A DNA stretch of 63,486 nucleotides, counting the filler. It is 4 parts of 4 records of this genome, joined end to end, with 100 filler letters (N's around TTAATTAATTAA, not from the genome) between each part and the next. Parts side by side here need not be neighbours in the genome. Positions count along the whole stretch, not along the records: positions 40,859 to 57,015 come from SRR20825019_1849; positions 57,116 to 63,486 come from SRR20825019_1866; 2 more parts are not named here. One strand, 5' to 3'. Under the pieces are notes generated by a model. The model had not been told where the DNA came from. It made no database searches and saw only the letters and a list, made by a program, of their open reading frames with translations. Shown in pieces: positions 55,369 to 63,486 of this stretch. Both the position numbers and the translations under genes were made by a program. The first letter of the stretch is position 1; the number at the start of each line of letters is the position of its first letter.

Positions 55369-56412
55369 ATGGCAAGCAGTGGCAGTTCAGAACGAGCACT
55401 TCAGCACACAGACACAACCGGCATGCTCGCACTGATCGAAGACAACATTCGTGTCTTCGATCTGAGTCTGTCTGGACTGCGTGTCGTGGTTCCCGTGGAC
55501 AGCCGGTTTCTCGCCGCCACTGCAGCAACCGCACTGATGGCGGGAGCCGCTGCAGTGACCGCCGTGACACCGACGGCCACCCGCTTCCAGTCAGCCGAAG
55601 AGGCGGCGGAGGCCACACGCACGCTGGTCGAGGCTGCAGGCCTCGTGAAGGGGCTTTCCGTAGACGAGCGGATCGATCACGAAACCTGCCGCGCAACCAA
55701 TATTCTTCTTAACGGGCCATCCATCCGGCCTGTCACGCGCTCACTCATCGAACGCCTACCCGACCATTCGGTGGTGGCGCTGATGCACGAGGCATGGATG
55801 ACGCTGGCAGGCGAAGTGGACATCGAGGCGTGTCTTGAGCATGACATTCCTATCTCCGCCATCAATGAATCGCATCCTCTGGTCGGTGCCAGAGATCGCC
55901 ACCCGGCCCTCTGTCTCGAATTGCTCAAGGAGGCGGAAATCCCGGTGGAGGGAGCGGATATCGCACTAATCTGCGACAATCCCCTCTCCGACACGCTGGA
56001 AAAAGGGCTCCGGCGGGCCGGCGCGCAGGTGGCCGTCGTCGCGCACGCCAACCAGATCTTCGAACACGACTGGCGCGCCATTCTTCTCGCCAAACGGCCG
56101 AGAGATGAACCGCGCCTTGGAATTCAGGATCTCGGCTGGATTGCCAAGAGCGCGCCAGATGCAACAATCATCCAATATTGGGGCGATGTGGATCGAAAAG
56201 CCGCGCGGTATTTCGAGCTGAAAGTGTGGCCGCAGCGCACACCCGGCAAGGGACGGTGGGGAATACCGCTGGATACGCTGGGCCCCGGGCCGATATTGCA
56301 GCGCATCACGGCTGGCCTAAAAGCGGCACAATCGGTGCTGGCAGGAATGCCGACTACGCCTGACAGCCTTGCACAAACCCTTACATCGACTGACATTTTC
56401 AACAGCGATTGA
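55369..56412 (+). CDS. Uncharacterised protein with weak D-2-hydroxyacid dehydrogenase-like features
   Basis: 347-aa ORF. IRP, LMHEAW and VDIEACLEHDIPISAINE resemble the substrate-binding domain, but there is no clear GxGxxG. Confidence 0.6.
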   Translation: MASSGSSERALQHTDTTGMLALIEDNIRVFDLSLSGLRVVVPVDSRFLAATAATALMAGAAAVTAVTPTATRFQSAEEAAEATRTLVEAAGLVKGLSVDERIDHETCRATNILLNGPSIRPVTRSLIERLPDHSVVALMHEAWMTLAGEVDIEACLEHDIPISAINESHPLVGARDRHPALCLELLKEAEIPVEGADIALICDNPLSDTLEKGLRRAGAQVAVVAHANQIFEHDWRAILLAKRPRDEPRLGIQDLGWIAKSAPDATIIQYWGDVDRKAARYFELKVWPQRTPGKGRWGIPLDTLGPGPILQRITAGLKAAQSVLAGMPTTPDSLAQTLTSTDIFNSD

Positions 56413-56529
56413 CATTCGGCAATCTTCATTGCGCGCCTTCGCATCCGCAAAAAACTATGTCATATCCCTGTCGCAATCGTTTTGACGCGGCGTGTTCCGC
56501 ATCGTGTCGATATGCGAAGGGAGGACAGT

Positions 56530-57015
56530 TTGAGCGCTAACGCACGGATTTCGGCACTGACGCCCCCTGATGTCCTGGCAAGAAAGGGTGGCGAGCCGCT
56601 CGTCTGCCTGACCGCCTACACCACCCCGCTTGCGCGCATCGTCGATCGGCACTGCGACATAGTGCTGGTGGGCGACAGTGTCGGCATGGTCCTGCATGGT
56701 CTGCGAAGCACTGTCGGTGTTTCTCTCGACATGATGATCATGCACGGACAGGCTGTTCGGCGGGGCGTGGAGCGGGCCCTTCTTGTGGTCGACATGCCCT
56801 TCGGCAGCTACGAGGAATCGCCAGAACAGGCCTTTCGCAATGCTTCCCGCATCATGGCGGAGACCGGCTGTGGCGCCGTGAAGCTCGAAGGCGGCGAGAC
56901 AATGGAAAAGACCATCAGGTTCCTTACGCGACGCGGAATTCCGGTCATGGCGCATATCGGTCTGACGCCCCAGGCCGTGAACACTTTCGGCGGCTACAAG
57001 GTGCAGGGGCGCGGC
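56530..57015 (+). CDS. panB: 3-methyl-2-oxobutanoate hydroxymethyltransferase, truncated
   Basis: [46 protein letters not shown]. Confidence 0.97.
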
Positions 57016-57115
57016 NNNNNNNNNNNNNNNNNNNNNNNNNNNNNNNNNNNNNNNNNNNNTTAATTAATTAANNNNNNNNNNNNNNNNNNNNNNNNNNNNN
57101 NNNNNNNNNNNNNNN
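57016..57115. other. Artificial contig junction
   Basis: N-run + TTAATTAATTAA. Confidence 0.99.
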
Positions 57116-57771
57116 GCATGTGGGCCATGCCGGATCTGATGGCGGCGATGCTGGAGCAGAAGATCGGCCATCCGAAGGCCGGTGCGAACACCGCCTGGGT
57201 GCCGTCGCCTACGGCCGCTACGCTTCACGCCACGCATTATCATCAGGTGGATGTGCATGCCGTTCAGGCCGAACTGAAAAACCGCAAGCGCGCAGCGCTT
57301 TCCGATATTCTCTCGGTGCCGGTAGCGACGCGCCCCAACTGGACGCCGGAGGAAGTCCAGAAGGAGCTCGACAACAACGCGCAGGGCATACTGGGCTATG
57401 TGGTGCGCTGGATCGATCAGGGCGTCGGCTGCTCCAAGGTTCCCGATATCAATGATGTCGGCCTGATGGAAGATCGCGCGACATTGCGTATTTCCGCCCA
57501 GCACATGGCAAACTGGCTTCACCACGGCGTTGCCAGCAAGGAACAGGTGATGGAAACGATGAAGCGCATGGCGGCGGTCGTCGACCGGCAGAATGCCGGC
57601 GATCCGCTCTATCGCCCGATGGCTACCGATTTCGATAAGTCCATTGCCTTCCAGGCGGCATGTGACCTTGTGTTCAAGGGCCGGGAGCAACCCAATGGCT
57701 ACACTGAGCCGGTTCTGCATGCACGCCGCCTTGAACTGAAGGCGCAAGACAGTGCAAGTAGAGCATCATGA
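57116..57771 (+). CDS. glcB: Malate synthase G, C-terminal part
   Basis: [64 protein letters not shown]. Confidence 0.97.
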
Positions 57772-57832
57772 CCCGCTGATGGCGCATCGGATTCGCTGGC
57801 GGAACAACAACAGGTCGCCGGATTGTGCCTGA

Positions 57833-58513
57833 ATGAAGATCCTTGCAATCGATACCGCGGCGGCGCTCTGCGCCGCCTGCGTTCTTGAAACCGATACGGA
57901 TGAAGAGCTCAGTCGGCATGTGCTGGACCTGGGCAAGGGGCATGCCGAATACGTCATGTCCGTCATCGAAGACGCGCTGCAGACTGCCGGTCTCGGCTAT
58001 GAGGCACTCGGAGCTGTGGCTGTCTCGGTCGGACCGGGATCATTCACCGGCGTGCGGGTCGGAGTGTCGGCAGCACGCGGCCTTGCACTGGCTCTCAATG
58101 TGCCTGCCATTGGCGTTTCCACACTGGAGGCGCTTGGCGAGGAGGCGCGCGCGGTGTTTCCCGGGCGCACTGTTCTCGTGGCGCTTGGTCAGCGCGCGCC
58201 CAGTCTTTTCGCCGCGGGCTTCAACCGCGAGGGGCGCGTTCTTCTCGAACCTCAGAGCCAGCCAGCGGAGAGGCTGGCCGAATGGGCCTCTGCCGAGAAT
58301 GCAGTCGTCTACGGCGTTGCCGCAGAGCTTGTAGCCGCGGCGGGCTCGCCGGCGCTCGACATCCAGCCAGCTGGCGCGACAGCGGATATTCTGACCTTCG
58401 CCCGGCTGGCGGCTGGGAAGGGGGCGAGTGGCGAGCTGCCGAAGCCACTCTATCTGCGCGCACCGGACGCCGCACCGCAGCAGAATTTCGCGCTCCCGCG
58501 GAAGGAAGGCTGA
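57833..58513 (+). CDS. tsaB: tRNA threonylcarbamoyladenosine biosynthesis protein TsaB
   Basis: ILAIDTA, GHAE, GPGSFTGVRVG, PLYLR.PDA. Confidence 0.95.
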   Translation: MKILAIDTAAALCAACVLETDTDEELSRHVLDLGKGHAEYVMSVIEDALQTAGLGYEALGAVAVSVGPGSFTGVRVGVSAARGLALALNVPAIGVSTLEALGEEARAVFPGRTVLVALGQRAPSLFAAGFNREGRVLLEPQSQPAERLAEWASAENAVVYGVAAELVAAAGSPALDIQPAGATADILTFARLAAGKGASGELPKPLYLRAPDAAPQQNFALPRKEG

Positions 58514-58998
58514 TGGCGCTCTTTCCGAGAAAACGCGAGTTTGTTGTGCGACCGCTGGAGGTCGCAGACAGTCTTGTTCTGGCCGACATGCACGCCGAAG
58601 ACTTTGCTCGCCCGTGGAGCGATGCGGAGTTTGAAGCACTCCTCACACAGGATGGCGTGTTCGGTTTCGCCGTTTCCGAAATCGGCAGAAAACCGCCGCA
58701 GCTTGCCGGGTTCGTGCTTGCGCGACAGGCCGCGGATGAGGGCGAGATCCTCACCATTCTCGTGACGCGCAACCAGCGCCGTCACGGCCTTGGCCGTCAG
58801 TTGATGGATGCGGTGCTTTTCAGAATGCATGGTGACCGGGTGGCGGCGCTGTTCCTCGAGGTGGATGAAACCAACACTGCTGCCATCGCGCTCTACCGTC
58901 GCCTCGGCTTCCGTCAGGTTGGAGGCCGGCCCGACTATTACCGCGATGCGAATGGTCGGCGCACCAGCGCTCTGGTAATGCGCCGCGACCTGCGTTGA
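58513..58998 (+). CDS. rimI: Ribosomal protein alanine N-acetyltransferase
   Basis: F..PWS, DEGEILTI, RRHGLG, LFLEV...N.AA.ALY...GF...G.R..YY. TGATG overlap with tsaB. Confidence 0.9.
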   Translation: MALFPRKREFVVRPLEVADSLVLADMHAEDFARPWSDAEFEALLTQDGVFGFAVSEIGRKPPQLAGFVLARQAADEGEILTILVTRNQRRHGLGRQLMDAVLFRMHGDRVAALFLEVDETNTAAIALYRRLGFRQVGGRPDYYRDANGRRTSALVMRRDLR

Positions 58999-59093
58999 GC
59001 TGGAGCCTGATGTTTCCCGCAAACGGAAAATGCTGTAGAGGGTCCATTCCTCGCAACGGGCCTCAAAGCTAATTCAGGGCTGATCAAAGGCTG

Positions 59094-59888
59094 ATGTTCA
59101 GCACGCTACGTTTCGTCATCTCAATTCTGATTGTCGCGCTCTACACACTGCCGCTTATGATGGTGCAGGAGATCGCGCTCAGAACCGGGTTTTTCAGCGA
59201 CTGCATCGTGCCGCGCCTCTGGCACAGGCTCACCCTGCGCGTGCTCGGTGTGCGGGTGCGCATGGAAGGGCATCCGTCACGGGAGCGCCCACAGATGATC
59301 GTCGCCAATCATGTCTCCTGGCTCGACATTCTGGTGCTCGGGTCACTCGATGGCGTACACTTCATTGCCAAGTCAGAAATGCGGAACTGGCCCATCCTCG
59401 GCACATTCGCGCGGCAGCAGCGTTCAGTGTTCGTTGAGCGCGAGCGCCGCCGCACCTCGCCGGAGCAGGCGCGGGAGATTGCCGAGCGGCTTTCCGACGG
59501 GGATCCGATGGTGCTTTTTGCCGAGGGCACGACCGGTGATGGCAACAAGGTCCTGCCGTTCAAGAGCACGCTTTTCAGCGCCGCGCAGCTTGCGCTGGCG
59601 AGCGACCGGGCCGAAAGCGTCACGGTGCAGCCCGTGGCGATCACTTATCTGAGTAAGGGCGGGCTCCGCCTCGACCGGCGCGAGCGCGCCGCGTTGTCGT
59701 GGATCGGCGATACCGACCTCTTGCCCAACCTCATCACGGTTCTTCAGTCGCGGCCCGTCGATATTGTTGTGCGCTATGGCGATCCGATCCCGTTTCTGGC
59801 AAAAGGCGACCGCAAGACCGTCACGCGGGAAGCCGAGGCGCAGGTGCGCGCCATGCTCACGGCAGGCTTACGCGGCACCGAAATCTGA
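59094..59888 (+). CDS. PlsC-family acyltransferase (probably lyso-ornithine lipid acyltransferase OlsA by position)
   Basis: NHVSWLD, FIAKSE, FVERE, FAEGTT. Sits directly upstream of miaB, as olsA does in Sinorhizobium meliloti. Confidence 0.88.
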   Translation: MFSTLRFVISILIVALYTLPLMMVQEIALRTGFFSDCIVPRLWHRLTLRVLGVRVRMEGHPSRERPQMIVANHVSWLDILVLGSLDGVHFIAKSEMRNWPILGTFARQQRSVFVERERRRTSPEQAREIAERLSDGDPMVLFAEGTTGDGNKVLPFKSTLFSAAQLALASDRAESVTVQPVAITYLSKGGLRLDRRERAALSWIGDTDLLPNLITVLQSRPVDIVVRYGDPIPFLAKGDRKTVTREAEAQVRAMLTAGLRGTEI

Positions 59889-59951
59889 CGGATTCATCAC
59901 ACAGCGAAGAATCGTCTGTTTTTTGACACGCAAAAACGTTAGGAAACCGGC

Positions 59952-61364
59952 ATGGAACAGAATATCGCGCCGGAAACCGGCAGCTCCGAAAGCACTGGCA
60001 ACGCATCTGAAGTGCGCCCCGCCACCAAGAAGGTTTTCGTGAAGACCTATGGCTGCCAGATGAATGTCTACGACTCGCAGCGCATGTCCGATGCGCTCGC
60101 AGCCGACGGCTATGCGCCGACGGATCAGATCGAAGAGGCCGACCTCGTGCTTCTCAATACCTGCCACATCCGCGAGAAGGCGGCGGAGAAGGTGTACTCC
60201 GAGCTTGGCCGCATCCGCCAGCTCAAGGAAGCGCGCAGCCAGGCCGGCCGCGAAACCGTGATCGGCGTGGCCGGTTGCGTGGCGCAGGCCGAGGGGCAGG
60301 AGATCCTGCGCCGTGCGCCTGCCGTGGATCTGGTGATCGGGCCGCAGACCTACCACCGCCTGCCCAAAGTGGTGAAGCGCGCGCTTGGCGGCGAAAAGAT
60401 CGTCGAGACCGAATACGCGATCGAAGACAAGTTCGAGCATCTGCCGCAGCCGCAGAAGCGCGTGGTGCGCAATCGCGGCGTGACGGCATTCCTCACCGTT
60501 CAGGAAGGCTGCGACAAGTTCTGCACCTTCTGTGTGGTGCCCTATACGCGTGGTTCGGAAATCTCCCGGCCTGTGGCGCAGATCGTTGCCGAGGCGGAAC
60601 GCCTCGCCGAGGGCGGCGTGCGCGAGGTGACGCTGCTTGGACAGAACGTCAACGCCTGGCATGGCGAGGGTGCGGACGGGCGGGAATGGGGGCTTGGCGA
60701 ACTTCTTTTCCGGCTGGCTGAAATCCCCGGTCTCGACCGGCTGCGCTACACGACCAGTCATCCGCGCGACATGGATGACGCGCTGATCGCCGCCCACCGC
60801 GATTTGCCCAAGCTGATGCCTTATCTCCACCTTCCGGTGCAGTCGGGATCCGACCGGATCCTGAAAGCAATGAACCGCAAGCATACGGGCGATGATTATC
60901 GCCGGCTGATCGACAGGATCAGAGAGGCGCGGCCCGACATCGCCATGTCGGGCGATTTCATCGTCGGTTTCCCTGGCGAAACGGATCAGGATTTCGAGGA
61001 CACGATGCAACTGATCCGCGACGTGACCTATGCGCAGGCCTTCTCGTTCAAATATTCGCCGCGTCCGGGTACGCCGGGGGCGGATCTGGGCGGTCAAGTG
61101 CCGGAAGCGGTTAAGGATGAGCGGCTTCAGGCGCTCCAGGCGCTGCTCACCGAACAGCAGCGCGCTTTCGTTCAGAGCCTCGTCGGTACCGAGATGGACG
61201 TGCTTCTTGAAAAACCCGGTCGTCAGCCGGGACAGCGTGTCGGCCGGTCGCCCTGGCTGCAACCTGTGATTCTTGATGAAAAAGCCGGCGAAATCGGTGA
61301 CATTATCAATGTTCGAATCACGCAGGCAGGCCCCAACAGCCTGTTTGCCGAGCCGGTGTCGTAA
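59952..61364 (+). CDS. miaB: tRNA-2-methylthio-N6-dimethylallyladenosine synthase
   Basis: [16 protein letters not shown], radical [21 protein letters not shown]-terminal TRAM domain. Confidence 0.97.
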   Translation: MEQNIAPETGSSESTGNASEVRPATKKVFVKTYGCQMNVYDSQRMSDALAADGYAPTDQIEEADLVLLNTCHIREKAAEKVYSELGRIRQLKEARSQAGRETVIGVAGCVAQAEGQEILRRAPAVDLVIGPQTYHRLPKVVKRALGGEKIVETEYAIEDKFEHLPQPQKRVVRNRGVTAFLTVQEGCDKFCTFCVVPYTRGSEISRPVAQIVAEAERLAEGGVREVTLLGQNVNAWHGEGADGREWGLGELLFRLAEIPGLDRLRYTTSHPRDMDDALIAAHRDLPKLMPYLHLPVQSGSDRILKAMNRKHTGDDYRRLIDRIREARPDIAMSGDFIVGFPGETDQDFEDTMQLIRDVTYAQAFSFKYSPRPGTPGADLGGQVPEAVKDERLQALQALLTEQQRAFVQSLVGTEMDVLLEKPGRQPGQRVGRSPWLQPVILDEKAGEIGDIINVRITQAGPNSLFAEPVS

Positions 61365-61375
61365 AGGAGAGGCGT

Positions 61376-62392
61376 TTGACCGCCAGCACTGAGTTGAAGA
61401 ACATGCCCTCCGGGGCCTCCGACATGGCACACATCGTGCTGACCTTCGATGACAACAAGCTGGCCAGCGCCCTCTACGGGCCATTCGACGAGAATCTGGC
61501 CCAGATCGAGCAGCGGCTCGGCGTGGATATCCGCTCCAAGGGCAATCAGCTTACCGTCAAGGGAGAGAGCGTTGCGGCCGCACAGGCGCGCCGTGCGCTC
61601 GATTATCTCTACGATCTCCTCCAAAAGGGGACGGAGCTTGCCCCCTCCGATGTGGACGGTGCCGTGCGGCTGGCCATCGCCGCCGATGAACAGCTCACCT
61701 TCCCGACGATGGAGAGCAAGGGAAAGCTCGCCGCCGCGCAGATTTCCACGCGCAAGCGCACCGTGCACGCGCGCTCGGCCAATCAGGACGCCTATATGCG
61801 GGCGCTGGAGCGCTCGGAACTGGTGTTCGGCATCGGTCCTGCCGGCACGGGAAAGACCTTCCTCGCCGTAGCCTATGCCGCCATGCTTCTGGAGCGCGGC
61901 GCGGTGGACCGCATCATTTTGTCGCGGCCGGCTGTGGAAGCAGGTGAGCGGCTTGGCTTCCTGCCGGGCGACATGCGCGAAAAGGTCGACCCCTACCTGC
62001 GCCCGCTCTATGACGCGCTTTACGACATGATACCGGCGGAAAAGGTGGAACGCGCGCTGGCGGCGGACGTGATCGAGATTGCGCCACTTGCCTTCATGCG
62101 CGGCCGCACGCTGGCCAATTCAGTGGTCATCCTCGATGAGGCGCAGAACACCACGCCGATGCAGATGAAGATGTTTTTGACGCGGCTTGGCGAGAACGCC
62201 CGAATGATCGTCACCGGCGACCCGAGCCAGATCGACCTCCCGCCCAACACAAAGTCGGGCCTGGTTGAAGCGCTTGAGGTTCTGGGTGACGTGTCTGGTA
62301 TCGTTACCGTCCGCTTCGACGAGAAGGACGTGGTGCGCCATCCGCTGGTGGCTGCGATTGTCCGGGCCTATGACAAGAAGGCGCGGGGCTGA
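61376..62392 (+). CDS. phoH: PhoH-like ATPase (YbeZ)
   Basis: GPAGTGKT, RPAVEAGE.LGFLPG, MRGRTL, DEAQN, VVRHPLV. Confidence 0.95.
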   Translation: MTASTELKNMPSGASDMAHIVLTFDDNKLASALYGPFDENLAQIEQRLGVDIRSKGNQLTVKGESVAAAQARRALDYLYDLLQKGTELAPSDVDGAVRLAIAADEQLTFPTMESKGKLAAAQISTRKRTVHARSANQDAYMRALERSELVFGIGPAGTGKTFLAVAYAAMLLERGAVDRIILSRPAVEAGERLGFLPGDMREKVDPYLRPLYDALYDMIPAEKVERALAADVIEIAPLAFMRGRTLANSVVILDEAQNTTPMQMKMFLTRLGENARMIVTGDPSQIDLPPNTKSGLVEALEVLGDVSGIVTVRFDEKDVVRHPLVAAIVRAYDKKARG

Positions 62393-62405
62393 TCCGCGCG
62401 GGCTG

Positions 62406-62909
62406 ATGGACGATATTCCTCCTGCCGGTGCAAAGCCGGAAATCGTTGTTGAAGTCGCCATTGAGGCGGGTGACTGGACATCTGAAACTGCGCTTCAGAC
62501 GCTGGCTGAGCGGGCCGTTCGCGCGGCTGTAGCCGTTATTGAACTTGAGCCGGATGAGGGCGGGGCGGTCAGCCTGCTTTTCACTGGCGACGCCGAAATC
62601 CAGGTGTTGAATCGCGAATGGCGCGGCAGGGACAAGCCCACCAATGTGCTTTCCTTTCCTGCTCCTGAGATGCTCAATCCGGGAGATGAATTGCAGCCCC
62701 TCGGGGACATTATTGTCGCCCACGAGACCGTCGCGAGGGAAGCTGCAGAAGAGGGTAAGCAATTCGATCACCATCTGACGCATCTCATCGTTCATGGATT
62801 TTTGCATATCATGGGATATGACCATGAAACCGATGAAGAAGCTGAAGAGATGGAAGAATTGGAGCGCAAAGCGCTGCAAACACTTGCCATTCACGATCCG
62901 TACGCCTAA
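62406..62909 (+). CDS. ybeY: Endoribonuclease YbeY
   Basis: LN..WRG.DKPTNVLSF, LGDI, HGFLHIMGYDH. Confidence 0.96.
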   Translation: MDDIPPAGAKPEIVVEVAIEAGDWTSETALQTLAERAVRAAVAVIELEPDEGGAVSLLFTGDAEIQVLNREWRGRDKPTNVLSFPAPEMLNPGDELQPLGDIIVAHETVAREAAEEGKQFDHHLTHLIVHGFLHIMGYDHETDEEAEEMEELERKALQTLAIHDPYA

Positions 62910-62936
62910 CTGAGGGGCTTAATTGAACAAACGGCC

Positions 62937-63486
62937 ATGACAGAGAACACGATGATCGCGGCGGGAGATGTGCCCGCAAGCGAGACGAACTCCCCCGAGG
63001 AGGGGGAAGAGGGGTCTAGTAGGCCCCCGCAACGAAACACCGGCAGCCGCCTGTCCCTTTGGGAGAGAATGATGGCAGCGCTAGGCATTCGAAACGGCTC
63101 CTCGCTGCGCGATGATCTCGCGGATGCACTGGACGAGCACACCCACGACACGGCGGCCTTCTCCCCCGGTGAAAGGGCAATGCTGAAGAACATCCTTCGC
63201 CTGCGCGAATTGCGCGTCGAGGATGTGATGGTTCCACGCGCCGATATCGAGGCAGTGGATCTCAACACAACGCTGGGCGAGCTCCTGAACGCCTTCGAGC
63301 GGTCAGGTCATTCGCGCATGCCGGTCTACGGCGAGACGCTTGATGATCCGCGCGGGATGGTGCACATCCGGGATGTGGTGACCCACATCACCAAAACGGC
63401 CAGGGCCAAAAGAGGCCGGGCAAGAAAAACGCCTGAGCCTGCCGCGTTCGATCTAGGCAAGGTCGATCTTGACCGCACGATCGGCG
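62937..63486 (+). CDS. corC: CorC/HlyC CBS-domain protein, truncated at window end
   Basis: ERAMLKNILRLRELRVEDVMVPRADI and SGHSRMPVY; conserved position after ybeY. Confidence 0.88.
   Translation, partial: MTENTMIAAGDVPASETNSPEEGEEGSSRPPQRNTGSRLSLWERMMAALGIRNGSSLRDDLADALDEHTHDTAAFSPGERAMLKNILRLRELRVEDVMVPRADIEAVDLNTTLGELLNAFERSGHSRMPVYGETLDDPRGMVHIRDVVTHITKTARAKRGRARKTPEPAAFDLGKVDLDRTIG

Noticed and set aside
30074-57115. Eukaryote-bacterium juxtaposition as horizontal transfer or an integrated element
   Set aside because: All three transitions are identical N-run + TTAATTAATTAA linkers, i.e. artificial concatenation of separate contigs.
59868-61484. Long antisense ORFs (538 aa opposite miaB; 319 aa at 17807-18766; 332 aa at 41582 and 52015)
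   Set aside because: Shadow frames of well-supported genes on the other strand.

Overview
The window is not one locus. It holds four unrelated contigs joined by N-runs containing a TTAATTAATTAA stop linker. (1) 1-30073: a gene-dense unicellular eukaryote with ~50-nt GT-AG introns. Genes are glyoxalase II, DYRKP-type kinase, HSF, 2OG-Fe(II) oxygenase, Arp8, a NagA-RCC1 fusion, a double-NAP protein with a C-terminal hydrophobic segment, cohesin SCC3, an ankyrin protein, a CCT protein and an Arc1/AIMP1-like protein. They alternate strand almost strictly, with an extremely GC-rich island at each head-to-head junction and very short tail-to-tail gaps. (2) 30174-40758: an intronless, single-strand eukaryotic gene array with ~100-160 bp spacers and pyrimidine tract+AG sites just before each ATG, which looks kinetoplastid-like. 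(3) 40859-57015: a Rhizobiales-like Wzx/Wza/Wzc exopolysaccharide cluster with a GMC oxidoreductase, a DegT aminotransferase coupled to a phosphopantetheinyl transferase, and panB. (4) 57116-63486: an ordinary alphaproteobacterial glcB, tsaB-rimI, olsA/plsC, miaB-phoH-ybeY-corC region. Exon structures and taxonomy were read by eye and are provisional; no searches were run.
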